Source of the DNA: Takakia lepidozioides
Lineage: Eukaryota; Plantae; Bryophyta
NCBI GenBank assembly: GCA_030704615.1
Contig: CM060734.1
Span: 52,638,001 to 52,702,000 of the forward strand
Reading direction: 5' to 3'
Length of the DNA stretch: 64,000 nt
Shown here in pieces: positions 1 through 11,715 of this stretch (position 1 is its first letter; each line of letters opens with the position of its first letter). A program made the position numbers and the translations under genes. Below the pieces are notes generated by a model. It did not search any database. It was not told the origin of the DNA and saw nothing but the letters and a program-made list of their open reading frames with translations.

Positions 1-23
1 AAGGGATGTGTCAAAGACAAACC

Positions 24-497
24 TTAGTAATGATCACCCCAATTATAGTGAACGGTAGTGGCTGCGAAGTATATGCCATTGGTCATAACGGTCCAGGTGC
101 ACTTAGCGCAGTAAGGAAAGATCTCAACGTACTGGTTGCCTGCCCAAACGGGAAAATGAGTACTTGGATAGCCAGGAGCCTGAAAATCACATGCAAATAG
201 GGTTCTTCCCCAAAAATTCTGATGGAACCCAAAACTCCACAGCTGGCCCGGAACAATTGTAACCCAGCCAAGGCTATCATCTCCAGAGGCGCAGTGGACT
301 TGAATGTTCTCCTTCAGGTCGTTGTAGATGTGTACGGTGCACTCTGGAGTGAGAGATATGAGAGAAGAGGACCCCTGCACTCGCCCCTGCAGAGCCACCC
401 CGGTGTCCTCACAGTGTACCTGCTTGCTTAGTAGTATTATCACCACGAGAGCACACACCATGTGGCCCACTCCGGGCTTCAGCTTCAAGGAAGCCAT
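24..497 (-). CDS. S-protein homologue (plant self-incompatibility S1 / SPH family), secreted, copy 1
   Basis: 157-aa intronless ORF with a hydrophobic signal peptide, then TVHIYNDL..IQVHCASGDDSLG..WSFGFHQNFWGRTLFACDF..FPVW..C..CTW..GIY, the S1/SPH pattern. Confidence 0.9.
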   Translation of the reverse strand: MASLKLKPGVGHMVCALVVIILLSKQVHCEDTGVALQGRVQGSSSLISLTPECTVHIYNDLKENIQVHCASGDDSLGWVTIVPGQLWSFGFHQNFWGRTLFACDFQAPGYPSTHFPVWAGNQYVEIFPYCAKCTWTVMTNGIYFAATTVHYNWGDHY

Positions 498-649
498 GGC
501 TGCACGTCGCTACAGATAGCCTCTGTACTTGACCTGCAACAAGAAGCGCACTACAAGAGAACCCACGGAAGAATCTCAGAATGAAACCAGTCGCTGTGGC
601 AGCAGCGAAAGAGACGTCCCAATGAAGAGGAAGGAGAAGCACAGCGCGG

Positions 650-657
650 TTTATATA
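650..657 (-). promoter_or_regulatory. TATA box of SPH copy 1
   Basis: TATATAAA on - strand about 150 bp upstream of the ATG; same position in copy 3 (11708-11715). Confidence 0.6.
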
Positions 658-2626
658 CTACCCACGCCCGCACTGCTGCCGTCTCCGCCCCCGAGGAATC
701 GTGCACTCTGATATTTTGAGCCTAAGTATAGAAATGCTCTGCGGTTTTTCCTTCACGAATTTGGTAACGGCCGCAACCGAGAATATCTGTGAGCGATTCT
801 CGAGCGATTCTGGAGGTGCGCCCGACGACTTGCGGCGGTTACCCAAATACGTAATTAGGTTTCGATAAGTTCTAGCAAATCCTGCAGTTGCTTGGGCGGA
901 AGCTGCTGCCTTTGCCACCGACATAATTAAAAATACAAGTAAGTCCAGGAACAACATTGCATAGTGATCTTCAGTCTGCTTTCAGAAGTGCTTTTCATAA
1001 TGAATAAGCCCCCCAAGTTTGGGTGGCCCTGTTCATTCTAGAGTGGTCCAGGAATTAGAGGGGAGGGGGGGTATACAATAAGGCATATGTAGAGGGATTT
1101 CAAGAAATGAAGGGTTCCACAGTCGACACCGAACGAGCCATTCAGAGCTCAACTCGACAGTCTTCTTGAAAATATGGTACCTTTGATTTAAATATCTAAG
1201 GGATCATGGAGGGGTCGAAACAAATTGGAGTCCAGAAGAAAAAATCTGAGAAATTATTGGGTTGGCACATGCTTGATGATTGAATGTCACATCCACCCTT
1301 ATTTTTACTATGCTTTTGGTTTCATATGCTATGGCAGCTCAAGTGTCCACATCAATTCATGGACTGAGGCCACATGTCTAAGGCATCGGGACTTAAAAAG
1401 TGGGCCCATCGAAAACTGGGGCCAATACATAAATTCAAAGATTAATATCGAGTGAAATTGACAACTATAAAGGGGTGACAGCGGCGTCACTGTGACTTGT
1501 CATGGAAAGGCTTCCGACCCTGTCACGTCGTGACCTTGTTTTGTGTTGTTACCACTACTCCTCCGATCAGCTCCAATATGCGGTCGCTAAAGCCAGTGAG
1601 GATGCCATACACACACCCCACAATTTGATGTTTAATTCAGAAAGCTGGGTGCAGATTTATTAAAAGCAACTTCAGTACCCACTCACAACTACCAAGTATG
1701 CACGCAATTGGAAAGACTTTTAATACACAGAACAAAGGGTACTTGGAATACCCAGCAGCATGTATATTAAATGCAACAAGGATCACTGATCCTTACAAGG
1801 TCCTTAGGCAAGGACGTGCACTCTTCTACAGCTTGGAGAGACACATGCACACTCAGTCCGCTTATGAAGCTCAGCTAGCCACAGGACAAGAGAGAGTGAC
1901 CAGACTACATCACCAGCCTTAGTGCTACAGGAACTGGGCAGGAGCCTCGCTCTCATGATGGGTTCCTGTAGCCGCCCTGATTCAAACTGAGCTTGGCTGT
2001 CCCGAGGTGGTGGGTGCAGGCACTTCATGCCGTATAGCCGCGGTAGCTATTTCTGATAAGAACTTCACTTGAAACAGCCGCTACCCACAAAAAGGCCCAG
2101 AGTAATTAAGGTCCCTGGCTTCCAGACAAGCTTTGCAGCATACAAGCCAAGACTCATGATATATTCAAGACACTGAAGTGAATGTAATTGGTCTAGTTTA
2201 GCAATACTGATCTTTTCTAATGTGGCTTCAAATGTTGGAGCATGCTTCCAACCGACTCTGAACTATAAGAGAGAACATTCTCCTCCAAACATACCAAGTA
2301 AAAGTGGGAAGAGGGTGGGAAGACGGAAAATGAAGGGTCACAAAGACTATGATAAACTCCTGCACTCATCGCGTGTGACAGTAAGTCACCCCTTCCCACT
2401 ACGATTCTATATCCATGCGTCTTTGCAGCAATGCAAGTTAATTACACAACATGAATAAGAACGTGTTGTATATACAGCTTTATTCATATGTACAGTACAC
2501 AATAAACCAGCGCACTGGCAGGATAGTTGATCCCAGACCATATGTACTACAGCAGTTTTATTCCTTCAATTAACCCTTCCAAGGACAGACTAGGGAATCT
2601 CTAGGCCACCATACAAATTGACATAC

Positions 2627-3076
2627 TTACAACGACATTTGACCCCAAGGATACTCAAAAACATAATCGTTCAGTACAATTCCACTGATATACACATTCC
2701 AGACACAGTCCTGGCAAATCCAGGGTAACTGGTACTTGCGACCTGCCCATACAGGAAAATGAGTTTTTGGAAATCCAGTGGCCTGGAAATCACATGCAAA
2801 CAACGTTGATCCCCAGATATTCTGGGTGAACCCGAACCCCCAACCTTCGGAGGGAGCAAGCGTATGCCAGCCAAGGCGATCGTCAGCGGAGGCACAATGG
2901 ACTTGAATTGTCGTCGTGAGGCTATTGACGATATTGACTGTGTCCCTTTCCAAAAAGGTGTTGATGATGGTTCGCTCGGTGTCCTCACAACTCATGATTT
3001 GGAACATGAATACCTGCAGTATCAAGAGAACACAAACCATGTCAGTCACTCCGAGCTTCATCTTCGGCTCGCCCAT
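2627..3076 (-). CDS. S-protein homologue (SPH/S1), secreted, copy 2 (more divergent)
   Basis: ATG at 3076 (MGEPKMKLGVTDMVCVLLILQ); VHCASADDRLGW..WGFGFTQNIWGSTLFACDF..FPVW..CQDCVW. Confidence 0.88.
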   Translation of the reverse strand: MGEPKMKLGVTDMVCVLLILQVFMFQIMSCEDTERTIINTFLERDTVNIVNSLTTTIQVHCASADDRLGWHTLAPSEGWGFGFTQNIWGSTLFACDFQATGFPKTHFPVWAGRKYQLPWICQDCVWNVYISGIVLNDYVFEYPWGQMSL

Positions 3077-4257
3077 CGCTGCAGCTGAAAGAAATCTAGA
3101 TTCGCCGAAGCAGGTGTAGGTGAGGCCAAGATGAAGTACAGCAATAAAGCGCAAACAGTCTGGGAGGTGAGAAGAAGAGCGCCAGCTAGGAATAGTTTCT
3201 AAGTTTCCCTATTAGTACTGAAGGCATGCCAAACTTCAGGGGGGTGTGCGAGGGGGGATCAGTGTCTAAAGAACGAAGCCTCACCCACAACTGTCAGCAA
3301 GCGCAGGGGTTCTATGATAGTATGCAGGCAGCCATAGATGCTGAGCCTATGCTCAGATACTTCATACTCTTTTAAATTTCCCTAGCGCTTGTGCTGGCTG
3401 CCCTAGGAGGTTTTATCTTTAGCTTCACTTTCACTTTCACTTTCACCCAATAACCAATTGGATTGTTGACGAGATGAGCAGTGAAGCAGCTCGGCAGCTC
3501 ACTTTCTTGGGCCCACTTTGGAACCTGCTCAGTTTTTCAGTCCCGGAAGTTCTGATCGGAATGCGATGGGATTGCATGGGTGATCACAACGAAGAGACGT
3601 TTCATATGTTTTCATGAATTTTCTAATTCACTGTCGCTGGTGAAAGGGCCCGCTTAAGTTCCCCTCACAAGATATTTATGTTGTTACATAATATACTCGT
3701 GAGCTCTACCCAATATTGGTTTCTTGTAGACTGAACGAGTAAATTCATAATTTGCTTGCAACATTTTTCACATCAACCCAACTTCCATCTCTGAAAAGAA
3801 AATGGAATAATGAGGAAGATTCCAACCCAACAAAGACAGGGAGGGAGCACGGGTAGGGAATCCATCATATAACAACAGTGAGGCTACAGTTAGGAAGACT
3901 TCCTTCCGAAGCAGGCATAAGTTGCAAAGCCATTTGAGGTGAAGATCGCGGAGAGGTCATCGTAAAGTGAGTGCGTTAAAAGTGAGTTGTAAACTTGTGA
4001 TTGAAAGATAGATTCATTTAAGAGTTCCGCGATGTATATAAACATGCTAAAAACTAGGCAACTGATATTTCAAATGAATCCGAAGCTACTCTACTTGTGG
4101 CTGCCCAGTTTTGGATGTTTTTGTCATCGTTTCCGCGCTAACATGAGAGCCGTTGCCACGAGCGACGAATGCTGCGGCCCGTCACCGTCACCGTCCATAG
4201 TGACGGCCTGCGAGTGATCGGGCTGCAGCAACCATTCTGTGCCCATGTGGCATCTAT

Positions 4258-4677
4258 TGTAGAAAAACTCAAAGCACACAATACTATCTAGAAGAGCAAT
4301 TCAAAGATTCAGGCAATCAAAACACACGATGGTATCATAGCACTTTACACTACTGCAATTCCACCATAAGGCATCAACATACAAAGAAGTTTTCAGCACC
4401 TCAAAGACTCTATGTAGTAAGCCTAAATACTATTCGCAGTAACGATTGCTCGGCGCAGGCGGGAGTCTAGTAATTCAAACTAATGCTATCACTATCCATC
4501 CGTAAATAGTATGCAGTAGCAACACCTTGGCCAACTGCATGTCTCCGTTAAATCCTAGGGTAACCTAATTGGCCTCTGACTTAGATATTCCGTCATGGAA
4601 TAAATCAGTGTAACTCGTAACTTTTGATGACTTGCAGTAACATGGTCACACTGCGATTTCTACCAGAAAAAACAACA
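4258..4677 (-). repeat. 3' LTR of copia element (420 bp)
   Basis: TGTAGAAAAAC...AAACAACA; about 14 substitutions and 2 indels versus 9096-9527 (hand count). Confidence 0.93.
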
Positions 4678-4689
4678 CTCCCACTCACT
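4678..4689 (-). other. Polypurine tract of copia element
   Basis: AGTGAGTGGGAG directly precedes the 3' LTR on the - strand. Confidence 0.75.
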
Positions 4690-4757
4690 GGTTATTCCAT
4701 GGCAAGAGAAAAAGATCCTACGAAACAAAAGGAATAGCCAATGTGTGCACAAAAAAC

Positions 4758-7700
4758 TCACACTAAGATTGGTTGCTCTATCAGTCCAAGCATGCTACGG
4801 AATTGATTAAACTTGTCAGCGGTAAGAGGCTTCGTTAAGATATCTGCGATCTGTGCATTCGTGTTCATATACGTCATCTGGATTGCACCCTGTGCCTGAA
4901 AATCTCGCAGCATATGATATTGCACATCAATGTGCTTTGTTCTTTGATGAAACTCCGGATTCAAGACCAATCGGATTGCACTTTGATTGTTTAAATATAA
5001 GGGAGTAGGGTCATTCTGTGTGTGCCCAAGATCAGACAGCAACCTTCGTAACCAGATTGTCTCCTTCGCAGTTAAACAGGCTGCTATGTACTCTGACTCT
5101 GTCGTGGAACCTGCTGTGCACATTTGTTTTCTGCTCACCCACGTAACAGCTGCTTAATTGAGTAATGTGACGCTCCCACTTCTAGATCGTCGATCGTCCA
5201 AGTCCCCTGCATAGTCAGCATCAGCAAAAGCCGTAAGAGTGTTTGAATTCTTGCAACGTGAGTAGCACAGACGATAGTTTGTTGTCCCCCTGAGATATTT
5301 GAATATCCTCTTTATAGCTGTGCAATGAATTCGCTTGGGATTCTGTGAATACTTGGCCACAAGGCTGACCGCATATGCAATGTCTGGCCGTGTGCCAATC
5401 ATGGCGAACATCAAGCTCCCAACTGCCTGTTGGTAAGGAAACTCATGTTCATCTTCTTCATCTTCACCTCTTGGTAGATGCAACTGCACATTGGGATCTG
5501 CAGGTGTACTCACTGTATGTGCATCCCCAAATCCAAATTTTTGGATTATGAACATCACGTATCGGTGTTGGTCTATGATGATCGATCGCAATCCCCTGTT
5601 TCTTTCAATGTGAAGGCCAACATAGCATTCGGCGCTTCCAGCTTTAACTTCAAATTCCTTGTTAAGAAAACTGATTATACCATCCAATATTTCTTTGCTC
5701 TCCGAGCAACCTAGCTCGTCATCCACAAAAATGGTGGTGAATAACTTTGGCGCTGAGTTGCGAAAATACACATAGGGGTCTGCTGCGCTGGGTTGTAGGT
5801 CATATTTGACCAGAAAATCATTGAACCTCGTGTTCCATGCCCTCGATGCTTGATGAAGTCCATATAATTTTTTTAATAGTCTACAGACTTTCTTTTCTTC
5901 TCCTGGCTTTACATAGCCTCTGGGCTGATCCATATATATCTCATCCTGTAACCATGCAGGAAAGCGGTTTTTATATCGAACTGAATCATTTCCAGATCCT
6001 CAGCGGCAGCCACTGCTAATAGGGTTCTGATTGAATCGAATTTCGCAACGGGGGCAAAAGTTTCTTGAAAATCAATTCCATACTCCTATGAGTATCCTTT
6101 TGCAACCAACCGGACTTTATACCTCTCAATATTCCCATCTGCTCGAGGCTTTACCTTGTATACCCATTTGCACTTCACTGTGTGTCTTCCCTTTGGCAGA
6201 TCAACAAGCATCCACGTTTCATTTTTATGTAACGAGTCAATTTTTTCCTTCATTGCTAGCTCCCACTTAGCTCGATCAGGAGACATCATCGCCTCCTCAT
6301 ACCGTTTTGGCTCCTCTGGTAATGGTATGTATTCAGTTATTCCAGCAAACGTAGGGTAATTACTCTCCCACTCGCCGAATGCCTGTGGTGGCCGTCGAGA
6401 TCGACGTACTTCTGTTCCTTGACTTTGCAAGCAACTTGGTGCAACCCGCTCAGGCCCTGTGTTTGCTACATGAATTTCGCCTTCATCCATGGCAATAGGT
6501 AGATCCACTACTAGCTGAAGCTCAGGATGCTCATTATGCTGATCAATCGTATTCCCCTCAAAATTTTGTACTTCTGGAGTCATTTTGTCTCCCACTCCCT
6601 CAAGTACCATAGTGCATGTGTTAGGTCTGCTCATCATTTCTTCGATGGGTGAAGAATTACGGTTACCCTTCTCATCTTCTAACACATCACGGCTGATGAC
6701 TATGTGCTGTTGCTCAATATCCCATAGCCGATACGTCTTAGATTCCACACTGTAACCAAGAAATATGCATTTTTTGCTCTTGGCATCCAATTTCTTTCTC
6801 AGCTCTTTGAGTACATGTGAATATGCCATGCTACCAAACACTCGTAGATGGCTGATGTCAGGTTTCTTCCCATTCCAGGCCTCCAAAGGTGTTTTCCTAT
6901 TCAACACCATGGTTCCCGTTCGATTTAGGGTGTATGCAGCTGTAGTGGCAACTTTTGCCCAGAAATTAGGACTGAGACCTTTTGCTTGCAGCATACATCT
7001 AACTCTTTCAACCAGAGTTCTATTGTCCTTTTCGATGACACCATTTTGCTCTTGGGAATATGGCGCTGTAAGTTCCTGCCGAATTCCATTTTCTTCAAGG
7101 AAAGTCTTAAATTTTGCGCTCAAGAATTCTCCTCTGTCGCTTCTAAGCTTTCTCACTGCATGTCCTGTCTCTATCTCTGATTCCACACATAGCTGCTTGA
7201 AGAACTTGAGAACTTCTCATTTTGTTTTCATGCAATACAAGATCCTATAGCTGTTGTGATCATCTTTAAACATGACAAAATGTTTGAAACCTCCATGCGA
7301 GTCTACATTCATTGTACACACATCAGCATGGTAGAACTCTCCAGGAGTCTGAAACCCTCTCACGTTCTTCATTTATTGGAAACGCAACTTTTTGATTCTT
7401 GCCCATGGCACAACCTTCACAGAACTCTAGATCTGCATTAGGGTTCAGTATTTTCATATCATCGACAATTTGTGTTTTCTCCATTTGTTTAATCATGTCA
7501 ACACTAATATGTCCAAGTCGATCATGCCACGTTTGAAGACTTGCTCCCCCAGTTGCTTGCAGAGATTCTCCCGTAATCACTTTGATTTGCAGTTTCCAAA
7601 CGTTTCCCTCTCTCACTCCAGTCATTATAAGAGTCCCCTTCCCTGATTTGCATACAGTTTACAAGTACGCTTATCATAGATGACGATGTAATCTCTGTCT

Positions 7701-8959
7701 ACAGCCTTCGCTACTGAGAACAGATTCTTTCTGAGGTTGGGTACAAACAACACGTTGTGTATTGTTCCCTTTCTCCACTCACTTCGTGCTAGGGTTAGGA
7801 TATCTATATCCCCTATTCCACTTGCCCATACTGTAACATCAGTGGCAACTTGTACTCCCCAACGATGAGATTCAATCTTCTTAAGATTTTTGAACCATTG
7901 TATCTTATTGGTCATGTGCTCAGATGCAGCACTGTCCGAGTACCAGGATATATCGTCTTTATCGCCAACTTTCTCTCCAATTGACGTGCTGTTGTACACT
8001 GCTGCATTAACATTGCTAATATGTACAATCTTTACCAGATCATTGACAATGTTCTGATCAGTGTTTTTTCCTTGTGTCACTGAGCCATCATCGACATGCT
8101 CTCTTTCTTCACGATAAAATGCAGTGTCAGCATAGGCATCGCTCATCTTAATGGATTCCACCATGTTAGCAGCGATACTCTTCGTACATTCTCGCTCCCA
8201 GTGCCCAACTTCACCGTAGGTGTTGCACCTCGTTTTCTTTTTTAACTCAGCTATTCTTTCAGCTCCCTCCTTCTTCTGCTCCTTTGTCAGAAAACTTCTA
8301 CCGCTTGTGGATGAGTTATGTCTTCCTTTGACATGCTTTGTGAAGAAAGCTTTATCCATGACATCCTCTGTGTTTCCTCGCGCTTTTCTCAACGCTTCTT
8401 TCTTGAGTAACCTAGATTGCAAGTTGTTCAACGTCCTCTCGGCAGCGGGTACACTATCCCATGCATCTAAGATGTTCTCATAGCTTGGAGGTAAAGTGCA
8501 CACTATCTTTGCCATGATAGCTGATTCAGTCATCTTCTCACCAAGATCACTCAATTGTTTTGCCATCAGTTCTATCTTGCTGATATAACTGGAGATGCTC
8601 TCATTTTCTTCCATCTTGAGATGATACATTTTGCTTTGTAAGACATGAATGTTCTCGGTAGCATTTTGCTCATGAACTGCCACTAGTTTCGCCCACATCT
8701 CTACTGAGTTTGTGCAGTTTACCAACTGTTGCAGGTGATTCTTATCTACTCCTTGAGTAATATACATGCAGGCATTGCTGTCCCTATCATCCCATTTGTC
8801 TTTATCCGAGGCCACTGCTCTCAAATCCTTCCCACTGACAAGAGACCATAGCTTCTTGGCTCTTAGGAGAATCATCATTTGAAACTTCCATAGAGAAAAA
8901 TTCTCTCCTGAAAATCTCTCTATCTGCATCACATCTTTCGATGTGGTAACTGAACTCAT
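4758..8959 (-). pseudogene. Copia gag-pol polyprotein, disrupted
   Basis: Gag FSGENFSLWKFQM; zinc knuckle CNTYGEVGHWEREC (one Cys lost); protease WYSDSAASEHM; WHDRLGH..CEGC; integrase LRSDRGEF/EQNGVIE; RT FVDD; RNase H DADYAGDLDDRRS. Split by stops and frameshifts. Confidence 0.93.
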
Positions 8960-9081
8960 CTTTGCTGCTATTTCCTAGATCTCTCTGCTAGTTCTAGTTT
9001 CAATCGTGAACAAAATCAAGAAAGAACTCTCAGAAATAAAATTCATCACGAAAGCACTCTATGACTGAGCTGCAAACGTTT

Positions 9082-9095
9082 GTGGGCCCATAACC
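9082..9095 (-). other. Primer-binding site complementary to the anticodon arm of tRNAi-Met (half-tRNA type)
   Basis: GGTTATGGGCCCAC abuts the 5' LTR; complementary to GUGGGCCCAUAACC of plant initiator tRNA-Met. Confidence 0.85.
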
Positions 9096-9527
9096 TGTAG
9101 AAAAACTCAAAGCACAAAATACTATCTAGAACAGCAATTCAAAGATTCAGGCAATCAAAACACACGATTGGTATCATAGCACTTTACACTACTGCAATTC
9201 CACCATAAGGCATCAACATACAAAGAAGTTTTCAGCACCTCAAAGACTCTATGTAGTAAGCCTAAATACTATTCGTAGTAACGATTGCTCGGCGATGGCG
9301 GGAGTCTAGTAATTCAAAATAATGCTGTCACTATCCATCCGTAAATAGTACACAGTAGCAACACCTTGGCAACACCTTGGCCAACTGCATGTCTCTGTTA
9401 AATCCTAGTGTAACCTAGTTGGCCTCTCACTTAGATATTCCGTCATGGAATAAATCAGTGTAACTCGTAACTCTTGATGACTTGCAGTAACATGGTCACA
9501 CTGCGATTTCTACCAGAAAAAACAACA
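9096..9527 (-). repeat. 5' LTR of copia element (432 bp)
   Basis: Partner of 4258-4677; carries an 11-bp tandem duplication CAACACCTTGG. Confidence 0.93.
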
Positions 9528-9719
9528 TCTCTCCCTCTCAAGCTTCCTCAGGTGGTTGTTCAGGTCGAGCCGCTGAAGCTGCTCGCGTCTCGTCGATGCC
9601 CTCTCAATCTCAAGCTTCTACAGTGCTGGCTCAAACTCGCATCCCTCCTTGTCAACCTTCTTCCGGTAGTTACTATGTTATCTGTTTCTGGCCCGCCATT
9701 TCAAGGACTTGAAAACCGG

Positions 9720-9820
9720 TAAACCCAATCCCTCACCTACGTCTTCCATTATGAGGATAAAAAATGCTTGGCAACTTATCTGCACGAAGCTTTGACCCTT
9801 AAGGCAATCCCTTGAGTAGT
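9720..9820 (+). mobile_element. 3'-terminal fragment of a LINE family
   Basis: GTCTTCCATTATGAGGAT..AAATGCTTGGCAACTTA.CTGCACGA.GC aligns with 48543-48620 and 17458-17512. Confidence 0.6.
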
Positions 9821-11096
9821 ACTTGCGCAGGGTGCCTTTTGGAGTTTTGACTTGGAAAATGGCAGTGTATAGTGGAGGTAAGGACATATCTTTCAGCCCG
9901 GCGGGTGCTGGAATAGTTGTAGGCAGAATCATGGAGTAGAGGCAGAGTCGAGAGAGTAATTGAGACCAGTATGGGAGTTGAAGAGTTTAACAAGAACACG
10001 ATTTTGATAGATGGAAGTGATGAAGTTTCATGACCAGTTACTCCAAAGAGGAAGTGATCAGCTGAGTGAATGTGGTGACGTCGTTTGCTGTTTTTGTAGA
10101 GCTGGAAAATGAACGATGAGGCTGAGTTGATCTAACATTAACCTGCCGTTAGAGTAGATGCATGAATGTGGGAAATAGGGAAGCAGCTCCGCAGAAAGAA
10201 CAGTATGCAGGTAAGGCTCAAGCGGAATCTTCGTGATGAAGGGGGAAATCAGTGGGCTCTAAGCAAGGAAACATTTTCAGCTAGAAGATCTGCGACCTGA
10301 AATTGCAAGTGTAGTCGACTTCACTTTACAAGTACTTAGGGGCTATCCTATTCCATCCATTTTCTTTCCGCAACAACATTGACAAGCTTTGTACAGATCA
10401 CTACCAACTACACTATGCACAACACTAGAATACCCTATCGGCTCCGCCCAACCTCATCACCATGCATCATCTTCATAATCTCTGTCATATGTCATGATTG
10501 TCCCTCAATACAGGAGGGTCTGCACTGATCTGCGAAACTACCTAGAAAATGTAGGCTGCCCATGATAGAGAGGAGCAATTCTTAGCACACATCCATCTCC
10601 TATGCAGCCTCCCTCTTCCACGTCGATCAGTGAGACTAGCCTACAAAATCGAGAGAGAGTCCATCTCCTGTGCAGCCCCCCTCTGAAGTCCACGTCGAGG
10701 TATGGCTCTGGCACGTAATCCAGCTGCAGTAGCCACCTCCGACTAACCTTCATCTACAACATCTCCTTTACATGTCTAAAAAGTAGGATCTTCATATCTC
10801 ATCCACACAATGTAGTCTAAGCCATCTGAGTATTCTATGTTCATATGCTTCTCTTGCCAAATCCTTGCATCTTAATAATCGAAGAAATGAAATTAACATA
10901 CAACTGTGGCTCCAACCGTTTACTTGATCATTCTTTTATTTAGCGTGACAATATTGCAAAGAGATTGCAAAGTTCGGCCTCATAGTTCACATCAGAGCTG
11001 ATCAAGTTCATGAACATTGTGTAGATTGGCATGTCGCGATGGCACGGTCATCTACAGCACTATTTTGCATTGTCATGGATGTGGCCACGACAAACC

Positions 11097-11564
11097 TTAG
11101 TAATGATCACCCCAATCGTAGTGAATGCTAGAGCCTTTGAAGTAGATGCCATCGGTCATAACTACCCAAGTGCATTTACTGCAGTAAGGAAAGACCTTCA
11201 CGTACGGGCGGCCTGCCCAAACAGGAAAATGAGAATCTGGATAGCCAAGAGCCTCAAAATCACATGCAAATAAGGTTCTTCCAAAAAAATTCTGATGGAA
11301 CCCAAAACCCCACAGCTGGCCCGGAACAATTGTAACCCAGCCAAGGCTATCGTCTGCAGAGGCGCAGCGGACTTGAATGTTCTCATTCAGGCTGTTGTAG
11401 ATGTGTACAGTGCACTCCGGACTGAGAGATATGAGATCAGAAGAGGACCCCTGCAGAGCCACCTCGGTGTCCTCACAGTGTACCTGCTTCCCTACTAGCT
11501 GCATTATCACCACGATAGCACACACCATGTGGCCCACCCCGAGCTTCAGTTTCCAGGAAGCCAT
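11097..11564 (-). CDS. S-protein homologue (SPH/S1), secreted, copy 3
   Basis: ATG at 11564 (MASWKLKLGVGHMVCAIVV); close paralogue of copy 1, ends HYDWGDHY. Confidence 0.9.
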   Translation of the reverse strand: MASWKLKLGVGHMVCAIVVIMQLVGKQVHCEDTEVALQGSSSDLISLSPECTVHIYNSLNENIQVRCASADDSLGWVTIVPGQLWGFGFHQNFFGRTLFACDFEALGYPDSHFPVWAGRPYVKVFPYCSKCTWVVMTDGIYFKGSSIHYDWGDHY

Positions 11565-11707
11565 GGCTGTCACTGTAGCCTTTGTACTTGACCTGCAACA
11601 AATAAGCACCAGAAAAGACCCCACGCAAGAATCTCAGAATGAAACCAGTCGCTGTGCAGGCAGCGAAAGAGACCTCCCAATGAAGAGGAACAAGAAGCAC
11701 AGCGCGG

Positions 11708-11715
11708 TTTATATA
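11708..11715 (-). promoter_or_regulatory. TATA box of SPH copy 3
   Basis: TATATAAA on - strand, conserved with 650-657. Confidence 0.6.

Larger units (their letters stand above)
1..919. repeat. Duplicated SPH gene plus promoter (partner about 11075-12101)
   Basis: CDS and about 400 bp of upstream sequence align with the copy-3 region, e.g. 640-730 is nearly identical to 11698-11790. Confidence 0.85.
4258..9527 (-). mobile_element. Full-length, decayed Ty1/copia LTR retrotransposon
   Basis: Two TG..CA LTRs, PBS, PPT, gag-PR-IN-RT-RH order; flanks TCTAT/TCTCT (4 of 5 match, probable TSD). Confidence 0.95.

Noticed and set aside
1540-2070. Possible solo LTR between SPH copies 1 and 2
   Set aside because: No convincing TG..CA boundaries with a TSD and no second copy.
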